This document shows positions 36,601 to 45,300 of a stretch of DNA of 64,000 nt, piece by piece. Source of the DNA: Fidelibacterota bacterium (GTDB lineage Bacteria; Fidelibacterota; UBA2242); contig JADHYC010000001.1 in NCBI GenBank assembly GCA_016782645.1, positions 16,579 to 80,578 on the forward strand. The letters run 5' to 3'. The position numbers and the translations under genes were made by a program. Within the stretch, counting starts at the first letter, position 1; every line of letters begins with the position of its first letter. The notes under the pieces were generated by a model that saw only the letters and a list, made by a program, of their open reading frames with translations, was not told the DNA's origin and did not search any database.

Positions 36601-39075
36601 GGAGTAGCTTTAAATGCCACGGTGAATATTTACAGAGAAGAAAATGAAGAGTGGATTTTACATACTTCAGTAAATACGGTAGCAACAAGCGGTGGAATTT
36701 ATTCTGTTGATCTGCCTTATTATACCTATCTATTTAAAACTACTTCAGCTCATCATGTCCCGAAAACCTTAACAGTTCTTGTAAACAGTGCTTCTCAGAC
36801 AGTTGATTTTGCGCTTGATCCCACAGCTGGAAATATTCTTGTTATTGATGATGATTCAGGGAAAAGAAATATAAACAAAGTAGTTGACGCTGACGGAAAT
36901 TTGATTTCCGAAGAAACTGAAGTTGTTTTTTCGGAAAAGGGACAGTCAGCTAATGAAATTTCTCAAGCATTAATAAGTCTGGGATATTATGTAACTATTG
37001 AAAATGCCGGTTCAAGCAATCCTGATACATGGCTGGATTATGATTTAGTTATTTCATCTTCCGGAGCAAATAGTGACCCTGTCAATGATGATACTTATCG
37101 TACAAATCTTAAACAATATGTAGCAGAAGGCGGAAAACTGCTTATAGAAGGTGGTGAGATCGGCTATGATATGTGTAGTTATTCAGGAGACACAGAATTT
37201 GCAACAAACGTGCTGCATGTAAGTGATTGGAAAGCGGATAATGCCGGTGCTTTTAACCAGGAACTTCCCGATCATGCGATTTCTTCAATTCCAAATAGTA
37301 TTCCTGTATGTCTATACATTGATTATAATAGTTACGGAGACGAAGACGCGTGTACGCCTACTTCGGATGCTTATATTGTTTATAGTAATAATGAAAATTC
37401 AGCACACGCCGGAATCATTGTTTATGATGATAATGAAGTAGATATTAGCGCCCAGACAGTATTTTATACCTTTGCATATCCAAAATTATCTACTGCTGAA
37501 AACAGGGAAGATCTGCTTGAAAATACAGTGCTTTATTTACTTACACCTGAAATACAGGGTTCCGGTGTCTTAACCGGTACTGTTGACCTTATTGATTCTG
37601 ATAATGATGGCGGTGCTATAGTGGAAATTCTCGGAACAAATTTCGAAACAACAACAGATGTAAGCGGAGATTATGTGATCAATGATATTTATCCGGGAAC
37701 TTTTTCAGTAAAGGCATCTAAATTCGGATATACAGTCCAATATATAACAGAAGTGGTAATTGCCAATGATAGTACTACTGAAAATGTTGATTTCTTTTTA
37801 CAGCAGCTGCTTGTGGTCTTCTTTGATGATTTTGAAAATGGGACTTCTCAATGGAATTTGGAAGAGTCATGGGGATTGACAGAGAGTAGTTATTTTTCTG
37901 CTACTCATAGTTTAACAGATAGTCCGGAAGGAAATTATATAGGTAATTCTGCAGGTTGGTCAGCGTCAATGGCAGTACCGATTAATATGGAGGAATGTAC
38001 ACAGGGATTATTGAGGTTCTGGCATAAATATGAATTAGGAGCCGGAGATATGGCGAATGTGGAAGTGAGTGGAGACGGATCGTTTTGGGAAATTGTAAAA
38101 ACTTTTTCCGGAATACAGGAGGATTGGGAACAGGTAAATCTAAATTTATACTCTTATACAGGTTATGACTTTTTATGGGTAAGATTCAGGATGTCTGCCA
38201 ATGCAATGGATAATCTTGACGGATGGTATATTGATAATGTTGAGGTGATGCTTGATGCTGGTTCAGCTTTGGTCAAAGGGGATATTAATCAAGATGGGAA
38301 TATTGATGTTGCGGATATAGTCAAAGAGGTAAATTTTATTCTTAATACTGGTGAGCCGCCAACTCCGGTAGAGTTCTGGTGTGCCGATATGAATGGAGAT
38401 CACCAGATCAATGTTCTTGATATTGTTGAATTAGTAAATATCATTCTGAATGAAAAAAGTATGGCCAAAAGAGCCGGTAAATCCGCTACAAAATGTGAGA
38501 TTATTCGCAGAGGAGATGTGCTTTATTATAATTCGGATGGTGATGTAGCTGGCTTAGAACTCCACTTAATTGGAGGCAATAAAAACTCTATTACAGTTTT
38601 TCCTGAATTAGTAATCGAAAGTGCAGTTTCACAGAAAAATGATCAGACAGTTGTTCTGCTGTATAGTATGGATGAGAAAGTGCTGCCTGCAGGTGAGAAT
38701 GCACTGATGACTATTTCAGAAGGAATGAAAGTAAAATCGGTTATTGTATCAGATATTTTAGGGAAAAAAGTTGAAACTTATGTTAGAGAATTACCAACCC
38801 AATTTAGTTTATATCAGAATTATCCGAATCCCTTTAACCCGACTACGAAGATTGCTTTTGATATACCAAAATCCACTTATGTAACATTAACGATTTATGA
38901 TATTTTGGGAAGGACAATTAAAGTGCTTATAGATCAGGAATTTAAATCCGGAAGTTACGAGGCTATCTGGGACGGGAGAAATAGATATGGTGTTCAAGTA
39001 GCGTCCGGGATTTATTTCTATTCGATTGAGTCTACCGATTTTAACAAGATAAAAAAGATGATTCTTGTCAGGTAG
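33622..39075 (+). CDS. Peptidase C25 (gingipain-like) family cysteine protease, 1817 aa, carrying Ig/CarbopepD-like domains, a MAM-like domain, a type-I dockerin, a cohesin-like module and a T9SS C-terminal sorting domain
   Basis: C25 hallmarks FVLFVGDTPQIP, KATDLYYCSVDGDYFPEMYYGRFS and the catalytic His/Cys region YTAHGSQTSWGNPG...PLAIGNCCLSGDF. MAM-like ...DGWYIDNVEVM. Dockerin GDINQDGNIDVADIVKEVNFIL...ADMNGDHQINVLDIVELVNIIL. T9SS sorting domain LYQNYPNPFNPTTKIAF...IYDILGRTIKVL...GIYFYSIESTDFNKIKKMILVR. Confidence 0.8.
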   Translation: MRKRIFHLITLVILLCFTVEMSFASAELVVKGDSKLIIELDQVSSDETAVELIENSYQKVAMIYKFSKIQSFNVVSEKGIFTEIIIPKAHYIGNIGTPKLPALKKLIEIPFGAKVSINVKSYSTIEYKLSNCGINNPLLPVQPSLPKNIDPRSVDFVYDIDSYTVDEFRQYEIATVEELGVLRGVRFARVVVAPVRYNPVKGVIKVYNNIEVEINFSGSDIDLTEYIKASTYSPYFEAIYRKIINYKEREHGYPDHPDLTKYPVKYLIVADRMFESQLEPFIEWKSQKGFTVIVTYTDVIGTSYSNIQTWIHNQYNSGTPADPAPSFVLFVGDTPQIPAETGSSSGKATDLYYCSVDGDYFPEMYYGRFSATTADQLQPQVDRTLYYEKYQFSDPSFLDNVTLIAGVDPYWNPNVGQPTVLYGTENYFNVLHGFNDVHVYLDSYSGCYETINDGISLINYTAHGSQTSWGNPGMSQSDVNALTNDGKYPLAIGNCCLSGDFGYSECFGETWLRATNNTTGEPTGAIGYIASAPSSYWFEDFYWAVGAFPIIGDNNGYVPPYDSTSWGAYDAPFVSDYVTQDALNFVGNLAVTEADIQGYPTHVTGSSALYYWQAYNLLGDPSVVVYMTQGENNNVSFDGLLPIGSTSFTVNAEPGSYVGISMNGVLHGAGLIGEYGTANIPITPFTVAGTADIIVTKPQYKPVFTTVLVATPAVVGINPDSISINVSTEVTISVYEEDGTTPISDVDVWIEGWGVDSEILSGTTSGLGELSFSITPPYGERLRVIGKRPVDNYLLFTKYIYVTDGIDLTNANITPSVASIGLFGLLTPYYEGLITSTCDEAETVLFARGCGVDTSVVATEVNVIPDEVGIISAAIAKSGYNVYEEDILVETVYGTLSGIVRDESEQGVPEAAIKGFLQSNPETPAFTAITNSLGQFTIEGELEIGYYQVEIEKFGLVPYSEEHFLQYGANSWFLDLTGAPSGTVSGTVTEAGTGVALNATVNIYREENEEWILHTSVNTVATSGGIYSVDLPYYTYLFKTTSAHHVPKTLTVLVNSASQTVDFALDPTAGNILVIDDDSGKRNINKVVDADGNLISEETEVVFSEKGQSANEISQALISLGYYVTIENAGSSNPDTWLDYDLVISSSGANSDPVNDDTYRTNLKQYVAEGGKLLIEGGEIGYDMCSYSGDTEFATNVLHVSDWKADNAGAFNQELPDHAISSIPNSIPVCLYIDYNSYGDEDACTPTSDAYIVYSNNENSAHAGIIVYDDNEVDISAQTVFYTFAYPKLSTAENREDLLENTVLYLLTPEIQGSGVLTGTVDLIDSDNDGGAIVEILGTNFETTTDVSGDYVINDIYPGTFSVKASKFGYTVQYITEVVIANDSTTENVDFFLQQLLVVFFDDFENGTSQWNLEESWGLTESSYFSATHSLTDSPEGNYIGNSAGWSASMAVPINMEECTQGLLRFWHKYELGAGDMANVEVSGDGSFWEIVKTFSGIQEDWEQVNLNLYSYTGYDFLWVRFRMSANAMDNLDGWYIDNVEVMLDAGSALVKGDINQDGNIDVADIVKEVNFILNTGEPPTPVEFWCADMNGDHQINVLDIVELVNIILNEKSMAKRAGKSATKCEIIRRGDVLYYNSDGDVAGLELHLIGGNKNSITVFPELVIESAVSQKNDQTVVLLYSMDEKVLPAGENALMTISEGMKVKSVIVSDILGKKVETYVRELPTQFSLYQNYPNPFNPTTKIAFDIPKSTYVTLTIYDILGRTIKVLIDQEFKSGSYEAIWDGRNRYGVQVASGIYFYSIESTDFNKIKKMILVR

Positions 39076-39087
39076 TTATTGTAAACT

Positions 39088-39114
39088 TGCGAAGGTTTGA
39101 AACCTTCGCAAGGT
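39088..39114 (+). terminator. Perfect inverted repeat downstream of the C25 gene (possible terminator)
   Basis: cTTGCGAAGGTTtgaAACCTTCGCAAg followed by gtttggagaatttt. The T-tract is modest. Confidence 0.4.
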
Positions 39115-39341
39115 TTGGAGAATTTTGATAAAAAAATCTTGACATAATCAGGTTATTGGTTAAATTATTTTTTAAATTGGTTAATGAAAATAAATGTAAA
39201 GAAGTTCTTAGAGTATAAAAGTTGAACAACATCCATTTCTTACTGTTTTATAAATTGTAAAGGGAGAGGGAAAGTTTTTAAGTTATTAGAGGGATTTGAA
39301 TTTAAATTTAAACAAAAAAACATATTATGTAAGGAGGACTT

Positions 39342-42300
39342 ATGTGTAAGAGGTCTTTGTTAGTTGTATTTTTAATTTTTGTTTTGTTGTTGAGTTTTGG
39401 CTTTGCGGAGAATAGTGTTTCCAATAATGTGGTTAAGAAGTCAGCAGAAGTTGAGATTGTTCTTAACAAATATTTCGGCGGAGAAGAGCTTACTATTAGT
39501 GAAAAACAGATGATTGCTCCTTTCATTGAAATTAATCATAATCATCTAACTAGAAACCTTAGATCAAAAGAGGTTGTTTTAAGTGAGGACTTCTCAGGTG
39601 GAGTTTTACCTACTGGATGGACCGTTTTGGAAGGTTCTTTAAGTAATGTTGATTGGGATTTCAGTGCTCTAGATGCTACATGTGATTGTAGTAGTTACGG
39701 TGATTATGCACAGGATACATTGATTTCTCCAACAATTGATTGTTCATCATATTTAGGTCTTCGATTAAATTTTTACCAAGATTATGATGCATATTCTTAT
39801 GGAGATGTTACGACTCAAGTATTAATTTCAAATGATGGTGGAGCAACATGGATTGTTCTTTTGGATTATACAGGTATAGATCATTTAGCTGAAAACGTAG
39901 GTCCGGTTGATATTAGTACTTATGCCGATGGAGAGGCAAATGTAAAAATTGCATTTGCATATGAATCTGATTTTGGATACCATTGGACTATTGATGATAT
40001 AGTTATTGATACTCCTCCTACCGAGCCTATTATGGTTCTCAGCACCTATTCCATTGATTTTGGGAATGTTGGAGCGGAGGTTGGAAAAGAAACTGTTTCT
40101 GAGAAAGTGTATGTATCTAACAATGGCGGTGGAACGTTAAATATCACTGGTTTTACTTTAAGCTCTGCTGACCTGTCTGTTGATTCTACTTCTTTAACTG
40201 TAGAACCCGGTGTTACCGATTCTTTTGTTGTTTCTTTTGCTTCTTCCACAGCAGGTGTTTTCAATGGAAAAGTTACAATTGCAAGTAATGATGCTGTAAG
40301 CACAGATACAATAGCAGTTACAGCCACGGTAATACCAGCTGGTTATGTAGTAGAAAGTTTTGAAGATGACTTTCCGCCTCAAGGCTGGGATAGAGTTGGT
40401 TATACTTCCAGTTACTTAGATGGGTGGTATGAAAATACTTCTTCTTCTTATGTCTATGATGGTTCAAAATCTGTAAAAGCTAAAGGTCAAAATAGCTGGT
40501 TATTTACTCCTAAGCTTACCATTTCTACTGGTGATTTTATCACCTTTTACTATCGTTCAGAAAGTTCGAGTTACCCGGCAGGTTTGAAACTCAGAATATC
40601 AACAGGCTCGGATCAGATGGATACAACAGGATATACAGCAGTTCTATGGGAAGATGATAATGTTGATGAAACTGAATATCAGAAAGTTACATACACTTTT
40701 GATGCCACTTATGATGGACAGGATGTTTACCTTGCTTTTCAGAGAAATTGGGCTACTTCTAATTATTACTATACTTATGTTGATTATGTCACTCATCCAC
40801 CAATCTACTATCCCGAAGTTTCTTCAATTCTAATATCAGAGATTGTGGTTACCCCAACAGCAGGAGAGTTTGTTGAGATATATAATTCTAATATATATGA
40901 AGTCGATTTATCCAATTATTACTTAACAGATGCAACCTATGCAAGTGGTGGAGCCTACTATTACAATATCGTAACTGGTTCCAATTATGGTGGTGGTAGC
41001 TCCGCGGATTTCCATGCTCGGTTCCCGGATGGTGCTACTATTGCTGCGGAAGCATATCAGACTATTTCAATGGCAGGAAGCGAAGATTTCCTTGCTGAAT
41101 ATGGTGTAGATCCTGATTATGAGTTATATGAAGATGGTGCATCTGCCGATGCTATTCCCGATATGCGTGAGGCAGTAGCTGGAAGTATTAATAATCAGGG
41201 TGGATTGACCAATGGCGATGAAGTTGTTATTTTGTACTATTGGGATGGTGAAAGCGATCTGGTTATGGATTCCGATTATCTACTGTGGGATGATGGTGCA
41301 GAGGTACCTAATGAAGCTGTTGATAAGACTGGAGTAACTATTGACGGACCTGATGCCGATACAGATGTTTCAGCTTATTTAGATGATACTCCTATCGCAA
41401 GTCAGGATTTTGGAGTAAGCCCGGGCTACGGCTTTTCACTTCACAGAATAGATTATACCGAGGGTCTTGAAGCACAGGCAGATGGTAATGGAATTACAGG
41501 GAGCGATGAAACGAGCGAGAACACGAGTGCAACTTTTGCTATAAGCCTTCCTACTCCGGGAGCAGATGCGCAGCTTGATATATATGAACCTAATGATATT
41601 CTTAGTGCTGCAACTGCTATTACAGTACCGGATACGATAGTCGGACCGGAAATTAATCCTGATGGCGATGTTGATTGGTTCTCTTTTGCGGCTGATTCAG
41701 GTAGTTATTTAATCCTTGATTTATTTATTGATGGCTTCTCAAGTTTGGATGGCGAAATTGCCCTATTTTATAGTGATAGTGTAAAATTGGAATCCGCTGA
41801 CTCGTATGGTAGTGGTAGTGATGAAGAAATAGAATATTTTGTTGATTCCACAGGCACCTATTATGTTGCTGTTGCTCATTATTCTGATTTAAAAGATGAT
41901 CGTGCTTATACAGGAGCATACGCATTAGGAGTAAGTGTGGAAACAGAGTATGATCCCTGTGCGGATTATCCTGATCTAAATGAGCCGAATAATGACGTTG
42001 CAAATGCAACAGTAGTTTATGCAGATGATTCTCTTGCAGCAGCACTTTGTCCGACTGAAGACCTTGATTATTACTCTATCACAATTTCTGATGATGGATT
42101 ACTCTATGCAGAAACTCATCCAGGCGCAGCAGGAGACTATGGTACTGACACATATATGTACTTATTAGGCTCAGATGGAACTACTGTGTTAGATGAAGAT
42201 GACGATGCTGGCGATGGATTTACATCCTATGTCGAAGCGGAAGTTACTGCCGGTACGTATTATGTTCTTGTTGAAGTTTCTTCATATGCTGCTGGAGATG

Positions 42301-45300
42301 TGTTTGATTATGGCGTTTCATTTGGGCTTTATATACCACCGGAAGTTTATCCGCCGGCGAATTTTACGGCTTATCCCGGTGACTCGAAGGTATATCTTGA
42401 CTGGGATAGACCTGTCCCTGGTAAAGGTGGGAATTATTCCAGGTTCTCTACTCCGATTGAAAGAGATAGAATGTCTCTCAATATGAACTATGAACCTAAA
42501 AAATCTAAAGATATTACCGGGTCTGCCATTAACGTAGTTGGTGGTTATATACCAGGGGAAACTCAGGATTTACAATTCGCTATTAATATAGTTTCACCCG
42601 ATTATGAATGGTCTGACTCAGTCAGTATGACATTCCCTGCCGGTTTCACTGTAAATTCTGCAAGTGACATTGATGGAGAAGTCTACAACGGCACAGATGG
42701 ATCACTCGTTGAATGGGGCGATAATGATAACAGTTCGGGAGGAATAGTAACAGGAACTACACTTTTTACTGTAAATGTAACCGTTGACGCTGGTGTAACA
42801 GGTGAACAAACAATTAATTATCATATCAGTGGAGACGAATATGGTGCAGTACCTAACTTTGTTGATGGTTCTTTATTAATTAATGAAGGTGGTGGATGCG
42901 AAGATGATGAGTATGAAGATAATGATGATTATCTAAATCCTGCTGCAATGATACCTGGTTTATACGAAGATCTTATGCTGTGCTATATGGATGCCGATTG
43001 GTATTCAGTAATGGTTCCAGCCTATGGTTCAATAACTGTTACTACAGAAGATACAGTTGGATTATTTGACCTGCTTCTTTTCAATCTTGAAATTGATGCC
43101 AGCTATGCTATTGATTATATGATAGACAGTACTGAGATGATTGTATCGTATGTATCTATACTGGATCATGAATCGGAATTTCTTGTCGCTGTAAGAGATT
43201 ATGATTGGAATTTTGGTTCAATGGCTCAAGGTCCTTATGATATGAATATTGTGGTGGAAGAAGCTGAAGTATACACATACGATATCTATTCTGTTGACAA
43301 AACATTAATTGGAAGCACAACAGAGACGGAATATCTTGTAACTGAATTGACTAATGGTGTAGAATATTGTTTCTATGGCAAAACTGTTAATGAAGCAGAA
43401 ATTGAAAGTCCACCATCTGATACAGCATGTGCAACTCCTGAACCAGCTTTACTATGCCCGCCTGTCGGACTTACTGCTGTTCCGGGAGATACATCAGTTT
43501 ACCTTTCCTGGTCAGAGCCGGAACCACCGATGCCGCCGTGTTGGGATTTTGAGATTGATGCTTTACCCTTTGATCATATCTGGTCGAATATAGGTGCAAC
43601 GGATGATTTTGATGTGGACCTCAGTGACGGAGCTGATATTGCATACAAACTGACATTAGACATTCAGACTACACTTGATATTACGCTTTGTGATGCTGTT
43701 ACTGATTATGATACTAAGCTTCAAATTTTCTACGATTGCGAAACTCCATCTGAATTTTATGACGATGATGGTGATTATGATTGTCCTGAAGCGATAGTAT
43801 CTACTAATCCTTCTGAATTAATAGGGATAGTTCTTGATCCGGGCACCTATTTAATTGTTGTTGATGGCTTTTCTGGGTATGAGGGGAACTATGGTATTCA
43901 TGTATCTGAATCGGTAGCAGAAAAATATGTCTTTGATGCGGAAGCGGCAAGACAGTATGAATTAGATAAACTTAGTTCGATGGGACTTTCTGAAGATTTG
44001 ATGCTGCTAGATAAACAGGAAAATCCATGTGGTACATTGCTCGGTTATAAGGTTTATAATTCAGCTGGCGATTCTCTAACCTATTCAACAGTAACTAATG
44101 CATTGATAACCGGTTTGACTAATGATGTAGAATATTGCTTCTATGTGACTGCCGATTATGAGGAAGGTGAATCTTTGCCGAGTGATACAGTATGTGCCAC
44201 ACCGGAAGAACTTGTTCCTCTCCCTCCTGTTAACCTTACAGCAACTCCTTTTGATGAGGAAGTTAGACTGGATTGGGAAGAACCGGGTACAGCACCTCTA
44301 ATTTATTTTGAATGTTTTGAAACATGTGATGGTCCCGTTGGCTGGGGTATGATTATTGAGAATGTAGTTGATAATGGAACTGGTGGTTGGCTCCGAGTTG
44401 ATGACGGAACAACATACGGATGTGGTACGGGAATGAACAATTGTGGAGATGATACTGAAGGACATTGTGTATTTGCTGCCTGGAGTGCTGAAGGTAGTGC
44501 AGTTACTTCCAGATTAATATCACCTCTTATTGACTTAACGAGTGAAACTGCTGCCAACCTGACATTCGAATCTGCATACAATTACCCGGGTGATGCTGAT
44601 TCACCAAATGAGGTTGAGGTTTCGATAGATGGTGGGACAACATGGACGACTGTTTATACTGAAGATCCAACCGTTATTGGTACATGGCATATGGTTCAAG
44701 TTGATTTAAGTACATATGCCGGTTCGCAGATAAACCTCGGCTTTAAATATATTAGCACTGCTGGAAATGCAGAAGGATGGTTTATTGATGATATTGCTGT
44801 AAGAGGTGCATTGGGAAGAACCTTTGCATACAATTTCAGATATAATACGATTGTTGAAAGTAACAAGGATAAGGTTGCAAGCAACATATTATTAACTTCC
44901 GGTAATAAGGAGATTTCCGGAAGTAATATTGTATCGGAAACGGGAGAATATTTTCCAGATGCTACTGATGACCTCTGGTTTACAATTAATCAATCCAGCT
45001 CTGATGTAGAGTTCATTGATGGATTCTCTATGACATTTCCTTCCGGTGTAGTTGTAAACTTTGCCAGTGCGACCGATGGCGGAACTCCATGGAATGGAGA
45101 AACCGGAGATGGTGCAACCATAACCTGGGGTGATATGTCAGGTGGTTCCGGTTGGGGAACAATTGTTGGTTCGGAAGACTTTTCAGTTAATCTATCCACA
45201 GCAGGATTTTCCGGTCCAATGGTTATAGATTATACTTTAGTAGGTGATGGCTACGGAACTGCACCACATACAATTGACGGTCAATTAACACTTTATGAAC

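Noticed and set aside
39140-39180. Sigma-70-like promoter (TTGACA ... AAATTA) upstream of the giant gene
   Set aside because: The -10 match is poor, and FCB-group primary sigma factors use a different consensus (-33 TTTG / -7 TAnnTTTG). I cannot support a promoter call from sequence alone.
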